Shown one piece after another: positions 12,926 through 25,329 of a stretch of 64,000 bases of DNA. Below the pieces are notes generated by a model that made no database searches, was not told the origin of the DNA, and was given only the letters and a program-made list of their open reading frames with translations. Position 1 is the first letter of the stretch, and the number at the start of each line of letters is the position of its first letter. The translations under genes were made by a program, and so were the position numbers. This DNA comes from Felis catus. Taxonomy: Eukaryota. The stretch spans positions 16,370,001 through 16,434,000 of the forward strand of contig NC_058369.1 of assembly GCF_018350175.1 (NCBI RefSeq), written 5' to 3'.

Positions 12926-15900
12926 TTTGCTGGCTCCCCAGAGTGGCACTGCCGACATCTCTGTGTAGACAAGGGCGGGGAAGGGGGGAGGGTAAACGCT
13001 TGGCAAACAGCAGGGGTGAGTGCTTGGCAGACCTTCCTGTAATGTTCAGAGGGGCATGAGGAATGTCCCTCATCCTGTCAGAGCCAATTCGGGGAGCTCA
13101 GAATATGGTGGCCACGTGGAGAGGGTGGTGGAGGGTGACGGGAGGGAGGAATGGACAAGGCCTGGCTGTCCTTTGGGCTCAGGAGCCAGAGGCAGGGAAG
13201 GAGGGTCGGGCTCTTGTCCCCCTGGCCGCAGGCTCCACAGGCCGTCCTGGCCCGCCCCAGCCCGCCCCTCCTGGCCTGAGGCCTCTGGGCTGGGACGCAG
13301 GCCCACACTTCCCGGAGGAGTCGAGAACGCGGCCTGGGCCAGACCCAGAGCCTTAGAAGTAGGTCAAATGTTGCTGTGCAGCAGGTCCTGGGGACCCCGT
13401 CCAGGCGTGGGCAAGCCCACAGGCAGCAGCTCACCCACCAGGGCACCCGTGTGTATCCACATAGACGTGAACCCACCACCACGTGTTGGGTGCCCATAAG
13501 CACAGACCCCACGCAGGGCCCCCGGTCCCTGCCCAGCTGCACAGATGGGGGCACTGAGCCCCCCCCCCCAAGAGGGGCAGCAGCTGCCCAGCAACTCTGG
13601 CCAGAGGTGGCACGAGGCAGACACGAGGACCAGGAGGACAGGAATTTCTGCACCATTCCATGGCCCTGGAGCCTTGGGTGAAAGTCTGACTCCAAAGAGG
13701 ACTTCCCAGCAGGGCTGCTATGCCACCAACAGGATGTGGCCTGCTTCCCGGAGCATAGCCCCAGGCCTTGAAAGACGGGAAGGAGTGGCCAAGGGGGAAG
13801 CAGGAGACTGTACGCTCTTGTGACCCAGGCTGGTCCTGGCTTCTCTGGGCCTCAGTTTCCCCATCTGTACAATGGCCATGGTGGGGCGAGGTGACAGTCA
13901 CTGCCCCAGAGTCCCAGTCCATCCTCACCACCCCCACACCACACACAGACAACTCTGTCCTCGGCAGGCCAAACACAACCCTCAGGCCCCTCCCTCTGCC
14001 CACTGTGCTGACGGGGACCAGATGCTCCAACCTTGTGGTTCTGGGGTGGGGGTGGCAGGACCCAGCGGGCTGGCAGGCAAGCCCTGGGTTTGGCCCAGGG
14101 ACCTATAATCAGCTCCTGCCCCTCTGATCCCTGCCCAGGACTGACGCTTGGGGCTGTGGTGTCCTGGCCGGCTGTGGCCACGGCCGCTATATTTGGGAGC
14201 CCAATTGAGCATGAGGGAGGGGTGGGCAGGCAGGAGCCTCCAGGGACCAGCGCCTCGTGGGAGGACAGACTGGGGGACTGTTGGCCAGGCTTGGTCCGTT
14301 ACAGAAGGAGGGCAGAGCCCTGACTTTAGGGGCCCGGTGTGAGGGGCGTGCTCTGCTCTCAGAGGCCTGGCCTGGGGGGCATCGGTCTTGCCCTCCGCAA
14401 CTGGTCCGAGGAGGTAGATTGGAAACGGGTCCGAGAATACCGAACCCCTTATTTAGTCCAAAGAGTCAGACTGCAAGTTGGGGCCGGGCATCCTGAGTGT
14501 GTGGGAAAGGGGTAGGGGCTGACAAGGGTGAATGGGAGTGGGAAGGCTCTCCGGGGGTGAGTTTGGGGCTAGAGGGGTCTCAGACGGAAGGGACGGGAGG
14601 AGGGGTACCCCTGAGCCGAGCCAAGGAATGGAGAAAGCAAGGCCCGAGGCAGGGGTCCGAAGGAACGAGGCCAGGTGCCGCCCAGTCCCTCGCCGGCATG
14701 GCCTGCGGCCTCCCTGAACTGCCCTGGACATTCCCGCCGCCGGGCCAAACCCTGTACCCTCCCACCAGCAGTTTCCCAAAGAGCAAATATTTATTGTCCT
14801 TGGAAGAAAAAAAAAGAGTCCCCTTTTAGGATCGGGGTCTGGGAACTGGTACTGAGGCTTGCAGGGGCTCGGCGGCGGCCCCAGATGACCAGAGGCCCCA
14901 CCTAGACAGGCTGAGGATGGAAGGAGCCCAGCACGGAGGCTGGCCTCGGAGGACAGGGGTCGTGGCTGCCCCGGGCTGCGGGGTGGGGGCTTTGCCCAGG
15001 CCCATTTCCCCAAGGCTCCCCCAGAACAGGTCTGAGGGTGGACAGACACTGTCACCGTGGCAGGAGGTGTGAACGCGTGCGTGCAGATGTGTGCCATCTC
15101 GTGTGCTCACGCGTGTCGCGAGAGGCCGTGACCACACGCGTGTATGAGCGTGTCTGGGGGCGTCCCTCTGTGAGCCTGTTCATCTGCTGGCACGGGGCAG
15201 GGTGGGGGCATGTGGACACAACCTCTGTTGAATGGCCAATTCAGTCAAAAATGAGAGTAAATTTAGCAGGGGAAAAAAAAAAAACCCGTCAGTCAGACGA
15301 GGAGTCTGAATTGGGCGGTTGTTTGACTGGATGGACCGACTGTCTCAGGCAAACAGTCCCTGCTGGCTGGGAGGGGGAACGGGCTCCCCCCATCCGTGCC
15401 CATGCAGGCATGGGGGGAAACTGGAGGCGGGGACCCCCACCGACCGCAGCAGAGACGTGACACGGGGACTGAGACAGAGATGGGGACGGATTCAGAGACA
15501 GGGCAGGGAGGGTTGTGAGGCAAGCCAGAGACAAAGAGAGAACCCAGGGTGGGAGCAGCTTCCCAGGGCCACCAGACGAGGTGCGCGCGCACCGGGCCCT
15601 CAGCTGGGAGCCGGGATACGGCAGGTTCGGCCTCACCCGCGAGCAGCCCAGAGTGGACAGGAAAGGGGCCCCAGACCAGGGTGCGGGAAGAGAGAGCGGC
15701 CACGGGCGGCCGTGACAGCGGGGGTGGTGGCGGGAATGTAGGCAGCGCAGGGTTCAGCGATGGCAGTGGCGGAGGTGACGGCAGGAGGGTGACTAGGGGG
15801 TGATGGTGGTGATGGCAGAAGAGGCAATGGTGACCGGGAGGGCCTCCCTCCCCGTCCCCTTGCACACGCCACCTAGTTGTGGTGGCCCCACCAGACCCAC

Positions 15901-16632
15901 ACACTCCACCCAGCACCAGCTGTGTCCTTGTGCCTCCAGTGGCCACACAAACACCCTCTGTGGCCCAGGGTGTGGAACTGCATAAAAATGGCCCAAGCCC
16001 CCAGCCAGGAATAGTTAGGGTCAATTCCGGTACCTGCCTCTGCAGATATTTATATATCTGCCCCACCTACCCTGTCTAAAACACAACACACTCACACTCA
16101 CACACACATACACACACACACACACACACTCAGAAATACCATAGTCAGGCTAACCTGCTCTTGCTGTGAGTCCCTGTCTGGAAATACTCACTGGGCCCTA
16201 GACACTCCCCACACCACCTGGTCCCTTTCCACCAACGCCAGGGCCAACAGGAATCACACGGAAGCGTGTATGCGCACACACGCACACACACCCCGTCCAC
16301 GGGGGCTTGCACCAAGAGCAACCACACTCCCATGTGCACACCTGTAAACATAAATCCTCACACAGTATAGATGCATTTGCACAAATGTTTATACACGTGT
16401 ACATGCCTGCGCGCACACATGCGTCCACACATATGCCTGTCGCACGCATATGCACACACACTCGTGTGCCTCCGCATACACGCACACCTAGCACATCACA
16501 CCTCTGAGCTCACTGGAACAGAAAGAGTTCTGGGTGGGAATTAGGAGCATCGAGAAGGAGGAGAGATCAGGGAAATCGGGGAACCACAGCAGGCCTGCCT
16601 GATGAGGTCTGGGAGATCATGTGAGCACACAT

Positions 16633-16633
16633 G

Positions 16634-16679
<46 letters not shown>
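16633..16679 (+). repeat. (TG)n microsatellite (others near 2310, 16090, 31360, 52055)
   Basis: Direct reading. Confidence 0.95.
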
Positions 16680-16682
<3 letters not shown>

Positions 16683-19600
16683 CCAGGTGTTTGGGACCTT
16701 TTCACTGCCTCCTCCCTGGCCCCCACTCCCACCCCTGTTCACAGAGGGAAAATAGAGGCCAGAGCACAGCAGCTGGGCCTGGGGAGGTCAGCGTCCCCAG
16801 GTTTGGGGCTCTCAGGCCTTAGCATCTGTGTTATTCTTGGCAAACCCAGGCCAGATAAGCACGGGGGTCAGAGCTCGGCTCTCGTGGGAAAGGACTCTCT
16901 GGAAGTCTCCCGACCCATTCCTTTCCCAGAACCTGGACCCCAGAGCAGGCAGGGGTGAGGGCAAAGGGAAAGAGCAATGGCCGAGGGACAGGCAAGTCCT
17001 CATCAGGCTGGCCTTGAGGGCCAGGGTGGGAGAACACAGCAGGTTCAGACACTCACAGATGCCCAGGAATGTGGAGTGACCCCTCAGACCAGCCCAGGGA
17101 TGCCCAAGTGCACAGCCAGAGCACAAGGAGAGGGGCAATGCCAGGCACCCAGCTCTCTGCAGTGGCGGGACTTGAGCCCCTCTGCTCCAGGGGGCTTCAT
17201 GAGGTTTGGAGCCAGGGCTAATGGAAAAGCTATTTTGGGGAGATGGTTGGGATGTTAGGGGACACAAAAGCATCATGCCCCATCCAAAGCAGATGATGAG
17301 GTGCTGGTCCTGGGATTAGTTATCTGCTCCTGGTGTCATCACTGACTCCTGGAGCCTCTTCCCTCCAGAGACCTCTGGGTACACACTGGCAGGATGGGGC
17401 GGGGTCTTGGGTCAGCTCAAAAGGCAAGCAGTGTCCCCAGCATAGTCAGATCGGGTCTCCTCCGTTCCCCACTTGCACCAACTTCTGCCCGCCCCCCCCC
17501 CCCCCCCCCACAGGTCTCAGTCCCTAGCAGAAGGCTGAGGCTTCTCTGCTGGAGTTTAGAGCTCAGAGCCGAGTCATCAAGGGAACAATCAGCTGGAATT
17601 CTGCACAACTATAGGGCTCGTCCAAGGCTGCAGATAAGCGAGAGGCACTGGGGGCTTCCTGCGCCCCCTGCCCTCAGAGAGCCTTGCCCCCGCCCCTCTG
17701 AAGAGGGGTTCTGCCTTCAGGAGTTCTGGTCAGAGGGGATAAGCAGGCCGCTCCCACAGCCCACCCCCATCAGCACGCTCTCTCCCCGGCCTGGCCTCTA
17801 CTGGCTGCAGCAGTCTGGGGTCAACAACCACGAAGAGACTCATTGATTGCGGCTGCCAAGAGCACTCTCCACCTCCGGCCCCCGCTTGCCTGACCTTGGG
17901 GTCCCGAGAGAGGGCATGCCAGTCTCCCCACCCCCATCACCCCACTGAGGACAGCAGCCACAGGGACAGCCGGGTTGGCCTGCACTGGAGGACTGGGGCG
18001 GCCCCTCCCTGCAGTCCCCCAGCCTCCCAGGTTTCAGTCTCCGCTTTGGGTTTTGGGCTCCAGTCACCTCCAGCTTGATGCTTGGGCTGCTCCCTGATTT
18101 GCTAAGAACTCTCCATTGGACGGGTTCAGGTTCATAAGGCTCCCTGGAGGAGAACTTTCCAACACTGCATGACAGGAACTTGTCCAGGGGCCAGAGGAGG
18201 ACCCCTCTGAGATCCTGGGATTCCCTTCCTCCCCGTGGGGAAACTGAGGATCAGGAAGGGAAGGCCTTCCCCATAGCAGATGAGAGATGAGAGGGGACAA
18301 GAAGGAGCACCGTGTTCAAAGTCTAAAGCTCCAGCCACTAAACCCCTTCCTGCAGAGATACAGGACAAGATGATGGTTTTTTTCTACCACGGAGGACGCA
18401 GCAGGACAGAGATGACCCAGTCCCTGCCCTCATGGGCTCACTGTCTCTTAGGATATGGCAAGAATCAGGAGAGTGAGGTCCCATTCTGCTGGGGAGTGGG
18501 GGGGCGGGGGCAGATCCAGGAAGACCTCGGAGAAGAAGGGACATTAGAAGAGCATAGGAGAGCCTCCCAGCCGAGAAGGGAGGGCAAGTCAGACTGGAAG
18601 AAGCAGGGGCCAAGGTGAGAGCTCACTGAGGGTTCAGACAACGGGAACCCCAGTCCAGGGGGGCTAACAGGGAAGTAGCTCCTGGAAGCAAAGCAAAGCC
18701 TCCACATCTGGGGGCCCAGCCGAACACACAGTAAGCTCTCAAGTGTTGGGGACCGAGTGATCTGATCCAGGAGGCCACAGGAAGGCATTTGAGCAGAGGA
18801 GTGGCCCCATCAGGGCTGAGCTTACAGAACAATTCCTTTCTCTCTGCTCCAACTTCTTTCTTTGCTAGGTCATCACTCCCTTATCCCCCTGGGCCCCTCA
18901 ATAGCCCCGTGTGGTTATGCTTGAATCAGAACAGCGGTGTGGAGCACTGAGTGGCAGAGGCAGGGCTTCCCTCCACATGGGGCCCAGCTCAGCTCACTAG
19001 GCCAGGAATGGTTCCTGGGGTTTCGAGCGGGGACAGGACATGCTGGACGGCCCAGGGGTCAGCATGCCTGCTCCCTGCCTCTGCATCCCCGATACGGCTC
19101 AGGAAGGCGGGAAGGAAAGGGGTGCAGTGGGGGCCCAGGACCTCTGCTTTCCACCTGGGAAGTGAGGCTTGAGCTTTGCGTTCACTCCAGAAGAGGCAGA
19201 GGTGCCCCAGAGATAGAGCAGTGGGCCGGAGCAGGCAGGGGCTCCGTATGTGACTTTGAGCAGCCCTCCCTGGGTCCAAGCAGCTGCTGGAGCCCTTCCA
19301 GCTCTGGGGAAGTTTCTGATGTGTGCACAGTCACTCTCCTGTTATCTCTGGAATCTCCTCCGAGGTGGGGACCCACTGGTCCCCAGTCAGGACCCTTCAG
19401 CCTCTCCCACAGCCAGCGGGGTCCTGGGTGTTGGGAAGACCTGGGTCCTTGGTCTGAACGAGCTTGATGACCTCTGGCACGCCACTGCCCCTCTCTGGAC
19501 ATCGTTCTCCCACACACGGTTTTATAAACTTCCCCAAGTGCTTCCTCTTTCTGGCCAGTTCAGCCAACGTCCACGGCGCCTCTGGGCCAGGCTCTGTGCC

Positions 19601-22600
19601 GGGTGCTGGATGGCCGGACAGACACAGTCTGGTCCCAGCCCAAGATGTTCCCAGTGTCATTGCCAGCGCATTGCCTCACCCGGCTAGTGTTCTCCGAGGC
19701 AGGAGAGGAAACTGAGGCCCAGAGAGATGGCCCCGCCGTCCTCAAATGGCCCAGCCTGACCAAGGACCACCCACAGAGAGCACCCTTCCAGTCCAAGCAG
19801 GGCCCAGTATCAAGACCTAGGGGTCCCCGACCCTAGATCTCCCCACCATAACCCCCAGCCAGGACCCCGTGTCTGAGCTAACCCCCTTCTTTCTGTGTCT
19901 TCCTTCCTGGCCCCCTGTCCCTTCAAACCGCAGGGCCCAGCCGGCCTCTGGAACGCGTGCCCAGGACCTCGGTGATATTTTGAGTTTAAGAAAACTTTGC
20001 AGTCGGCAGGAGCTCTTAAAAGTTATAAATAGCAGCAGCGGGAGCCCATGCTGGGAGAGGCGGAAACACGTGTCAAACACGCCTGGGAGGGGGGTATTCC
20101 GAGGCACAGACACCCCCCCTCTCCAGGGACCCACCAAGCTTCAGGGGATTTTACAACCACTGGAGTGGGAAGTCACACCCCACCCGGAAGGCGTCTGGGA
20201 AAGGAGACTCCATTCTAGTCCCGCCTCCCCCACCAGGGTCCCAGAAGTTTGGCCAGGTTGCCCAGGCATGTGAGGACGCTGTTGAAAGGCATCTGGGGTG
20301 GGAGGGCTTGCTCCTACCCTGCCCTTTCCATCACCAGGTCCCCACCCAGATGCCCAGCATGGGAACCCTAAGGGCTTAACCCCAGCCAATGATGGCAGGG
20401 GTGCGGAGGGGGTGAGAGCTGGTAAGCCTGGAGTGAGGAAGGGACTATTCCAAGGTCACACGGCAGCTGGGTGGAATTTAGACCCCCAAGCCACAGTTCT
20501 TCCCACCTAACAAATACTGCTGCTGCCTCCCTTCCATTTCAAGGGACCAGGGGACAATATTTGACCCCATCCGACTAAAGCGGAGTTGGAAGCCTGAAGA
20601 CAGTGTGAGGCATGAGCTATCCCCGTCCTCACCTGGGGGTGGACGGACCCTGGAGCCTCATTCCTTAACGCCCCAACCAATCCTCACGCTTCCACTTCTG
20701 ATGGAGACCCTGTGTTGAACAGATGAGGACCTGTGTGCTGGAGAGAACAAGGGTCCCCCTGCACCGATGTAGGATGTGCACCCACGCCCACCCCAAGGCC
20801 AGGTGTGGGGTCTCAGGTTTGCCTTGAAGGCCATGGGCTTTGAGGACATGCTCTCAGAAGGCTGGCGTGATGGGACACAGCCTCCAAAGCCCCCTCGATT
20901 TTCTCAACTGCTCTGCAACACTCATGGGCAGGAACCATTACTCCAGCGTACAGGTCAGGAAACTGAGGCTTGTCCAAGGCCACCCCCAGGCCTGCCTCAC
21001 CCACGCCCCACCTGCTGCCCATGGCCCCCAGCAGGTCCGGGGGCGGTAGCCAGTCCTGGCGTCCAGGCGCTCTGAACCTCAGGGAGCCCCAAAGGGTTTA
21101 TGGGGCTCCCGATGAATGGGCCTGTTGAGCTCAGAGGGGGCCGGGCCCGAGTAAACATGACTGGGTCTGAGCTGCCATTCTCCCTTGCCTCCTTCCCGAG
21201 GACCCAGGACCAAAATACAACTTCCTGTCCCCGGAGCTGAGGGCCAGACTCGCCCCTCAGAGCCCTGGACTGGGGCTCACTGGAGGAGCACAGCCAGGCC
21301 TGCACAGGCGGCCCCCAAGGGGAGAGAGGTCTTCAAGTTTTCAGATTCATAGATTCCAAGCCCTGAGTGCCTGCACACTTTGTGGAGCCCCTTCAAGCCT
21401 TGAACTGGCCTGTGAATGACAGATCAGGAAACCAAGGCAGGAAGGGGACCCACAGGTCAGGGCAGAACAGGCCCCAGCCTCCCACTCCCCTGGCCAGAGA
21501 GAGTGGGAAGAGCAGGAAGAGCAGAGGGGCGTGTGGGGCTCAGAGGAGGGAGAGGCTCCGTGAGTGGAGAGTCAGGCAGCAGCAAGCTTGACAGAGGGCA
21601 GAGGAAAACTGACCTGCAAAGCTGAAATCTGGTCCCCATTGTGCACCCAGGGATCCCCCTTGGTGCTGCGCTCCTAGGAGCAGCCCAGCACCGGGGGGCA
21701 GGAGCCCCATAAACACTAATTTGTCATCGTCTCACTCCAGGCCCCTGGCCATCCTGGTCTACCCCCTCAGCCTCATTTCCCCCACCCGGAGGCCAGGTAT
21801 GGACAAGCTCTCTACCTCCCTCTCCAGCCTGTGAACTAGAAAGTGCTCTGGAAACTGTAAATTGTGGTGTCCTCCCCAGGAGCCTGGGAGACCTGGGGAA
21901 GGGTCTCCCCTGAGGATGGGGGCTCCAGGAACGTGCCCCAGCTGCTGGGGTTGGTCTCGGGCCAGCCACCTCACGTGCCAGGCGCTGGGGGCTACTGCTG
22001 GAATGTGCTGAGAGGCAGCAGCCACGTGAATCATTACACCTCGTCAGGCTCAGCCTGGGACTTCCAGACACAAACCAGCTCAGGCTGGGCTCAGGCAGAA
22101 GGGCAGCCTCCAGCCAGGGTCTCCGGGTGCAGAAGCGAGGCTCCAGGGTCTTGCACGGCCTCTTCCACCCCATCTGTCCACGTCCTCGCTCTCGGTGTCG
22201 TGACCCAGCCCTGGTTCCGTCACAGCTCACTCCACAGAACCACAGAGGAAGGTCATCCTGTCCACAACCCTGCCTCCGTAACAGCATAAGCAGACCCTGA
22301 GCCTGAGTGGCACCGGCTGGTTTCATGCCAAGAACCCACATTCCAGTGGGCAAGGAGTCAGATACGGAGCGGCTATGGGGCTGCAGGATTAGGACAAGGG
22401 CTGGGTGGAATGAGTGTCCCCACGTGTCACCTGCCTGAAGAACACTGAGCACCCAGTGCTGAGAGGCGAGGCCTTCTCAGGTCTGTTTTTCTGCCTGTGA
22501 GCCAGGTATAAACTACCTGTAGCCTCCATCTGTTTCCTTCAGGTGCCAAAGACTTCAACGAAGTCACTCAGAGGGGCTCTGCTCAAACCTCAAGGTGGCC

Positions 22601-22949
22601 TGAAATTTCTGAGACATGGAAAAGGCCAGGAGAGGCAGACAGGGACACCAGAACAGACGGAAGAAGAGTTAGCCAGAGAGAGGCTCGGAAGGGCAAGGAG
22701 AGGACCACCGTGTCACATCCACACCTGAAGGGCTGGGCTGGCCTGTGTCACACCCATGGAGGTGGGGGAGGGCCCAGTTCAGGGCACGGAACACAGGTAC
22801 ACTTGGACCTCCCTCTGCTCCCCCACCAGGCGTCTGGGACAAAGTCCTGGGCTGGTGCAGGGCTTGGTAAAAAATAATTAATTTTTCTTTTCAAGCGAAA
22901 GCTCTCACTTAAGCCTTTTCCTGTCCCCAGCAGCAACATCCTTGCTTAG

Positions 22950-23052
22950 GTCTGAAGCAGAGGCAGCTCAGACCTATCCATGGCCTCTCCATGGCCGACC
23001 TGAGTCTGCTCTGTGTTTCCAGGCCCTACCCGGAAGACCTTGTGGGCTCCAG
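22950..23052 (+). other. PTH1R: PTH1R putative non-coding first exon U1 (P1-type promoter)
   Basis: Strong donor CAG|gtgagt at 23052/23053; resembles my recollection of the human PTH1R 5' UTR; start approximate. Confidence 0.65.
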
Positions 23053-25273
23053 GTGAGTGGGGTCCAAGGCAACCCCGGGACCCGAGCACAGCTGGGAGCG
23101 GCAAGGCTGTTGTGCCCCATTGCGTTAGCGCATGTGTCTGTGTGCGTGTGTACATGTGTGTGCCTGTGCCGTGCTGTGGGGCAGACAAGGCGTGCCTGCG
23201 TGGAGATGTCTGTGGATCTAGCGTTACTGCAGGAGGGGGTCTCTGACAGGAGGCCCCCCCCTCCTCCAGGCGCCCCAGGAGTGCTCCCTGCCTGGGGCAG
23301 AGCCTCCCAGCCCCTCTGCCCCCAGCTTCCCTCCCTTCGCCTTCCTGAGAGGTGAGAAAACCAGGCTTCCTGCTGCAAGGGGAGGGGGCTGCCCGAGCAG
23401 CTGCCGTGGGAGCCTCCAGTGACTCATCCGGGTGGGGGGTGTTTATGAGCAGGCGAAATGGCTGTAAAAGTGGCACCTCGGTTCACTTATGGCCTGGCCA
23501 TCCCCACCCCCACCAGCCCCTTGCCTTGAAAAACTTCCAGAGGGGCCTGGAACCAGGGAGAGGTCTGAGGCTTGGTGGAGGCTCAGCCTGGGGTCAGGGT
23601 TCAGCTAGGGGTCAGAGGTCAGACTGGGATAAAGACTCCGTGTGTGGGGGGGGATAAAGCTCAGTCCGGGATCAGGGTTGAGATAGGGATTCAAGCTGAC
23701 TTTGGAGCTAGGATTGGGGGATGAAGTGTTGAGGGTCTGCAGGCCAGTTTTCCCACAGAGCTCCCAGAATGGGACAAGGAGTTTTCTGAGGGAGTGAGGC
23801 CAGGCTGAAGAGCTAAGAGCTGAGCCTCTGTCTTTCCTTCCTGAGTCTGGTGCCCACCGTGGCCCTAGGGTCTGTGTAGCTTGGCCAGAGCCCTACTCAC
23901 AGCAGCAATGGCAGCAGCAGAATCCAGTTTAGGGTCACTGGGCCGGAGTCCAGTCTCTGCTCCAGTTCTGAGCTCCAGTAACCATCTTGGCTCTTCCCCA
24001 TCAGAGGCAGGAATCCCTAAAGGCAGCTCCCTACCCCGCCCCCCCAACCAGACCTTTTCAAACCACTGAAACTGACCAGAAACTGACCCTGGGGCCCTGG
24101 GGCTTGCCTATCAAAAAGGGCAGGCTGGCTCTGTCAGGCAGGTGGGTGCTACCAGTTAATGTGTGACACCCAATCCCCATGGTGGTACTTTAACCAGAGG
24201 CCTAGAGGTGACTTAGGGGATCAGCCTCACCCACACTGGTGGAATATCCGGCAAGGGCTTCTGGGGTGAGGCACAGGAGTTATGGCTAGAGGAACGCCCT
24301 TAAGGGGCCCACCGCCCGTCAGACCCCTCTCTGCAGCCCTACCCACAGCCCACCCCGGTCCTCCCGAGTACAAATATTGTTTGTTTCCCAATCTCAAGCT
24401 TTCTGGTGTCAGATCTAAGGCCTCCCTACATCAGCCCCTAGTTCCTGCAATCCCTCCATGAATGTTCTTTTCCTATCACAGGGCAGGGGTGGTCAGCCAT
24501 AGAACCATAAAACATAATAGAATGCTTTAGGAACAGAGACATAAAAGTGAGACTATCAAAATATAACCCTGAAGAAGCACAAATGTTCCTTAGGTACCCA
24601 CTCTGGGCACCTGGGCCTCTCTGTCCCTGTTGCTAAGTAACCCACACACCATAGGGGGCAGCTGCCAAATCACAGCCCCTCCCCCCACCGGCCCCCCAGT
24701 AAGGGAGAAGATGGTGTCACAAGGAGGGAGGGATGTTCTCTACACCAGGCATAGCATGATCCTAGCACCGTAAACTACAAAGGCCGAGGGCTGGGGAGTG
24801 AGCATGAGGAGGCCAGGAGTCTAGGGGACAGTGCTTGTTGGGGAAAGTCACCTCTGGAGGAAACTGCCTCAAACAGCATAGTCCTCAATCACCAGGACAA
24901 GAAATTTGAGGGTAGTGGGATACAGAGGAGGATGTGGCCACAGCCTCCTATGAAGACAGCTGTGCACACAGTATGGGAGGTGGGTGGGTTTGGGCCTGAA
25001 GAAGGGTGGGCTGACAGAAAGGCTGGTTGCAGCTGGATTCCAGTAGTCTGAGGGTTTAGGCTGGCAGATCCATTCACATGGGGGGAGGGGCCATCCCTGA
25101 AATGTTGGGGCGGGGGCGAGGGCCGGTTTGGGGGCTCTGAGGAGCTCAATTTCCACAGGCTGAGTCTGGGAAGCTTACAGACCCCATGGGTCTGGCCACC
25201 CACCCTCTGCAGCACGAAAACAGTAAAGTTAAAAGTGCCCTTTGAATCAGCTGGTCAAATCCTCGGTTTACAG

Positions 25274-25329
25274 ATGAGGCAACTGAGGCCCGGACAGCAG
25301 GAAGTCGTCCTGCGCAGGATATACAACAG
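25274..25329 (+). other. PTH1R: PTH1R putative non-coding exon U2 (MIR-derived, 56 nt)
   Basis: tttacag|ATGAGGCAACTGAGGCCC...ATACAACAG|gtgagt; matches the antisense MIR core. Confidence 0.7.
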
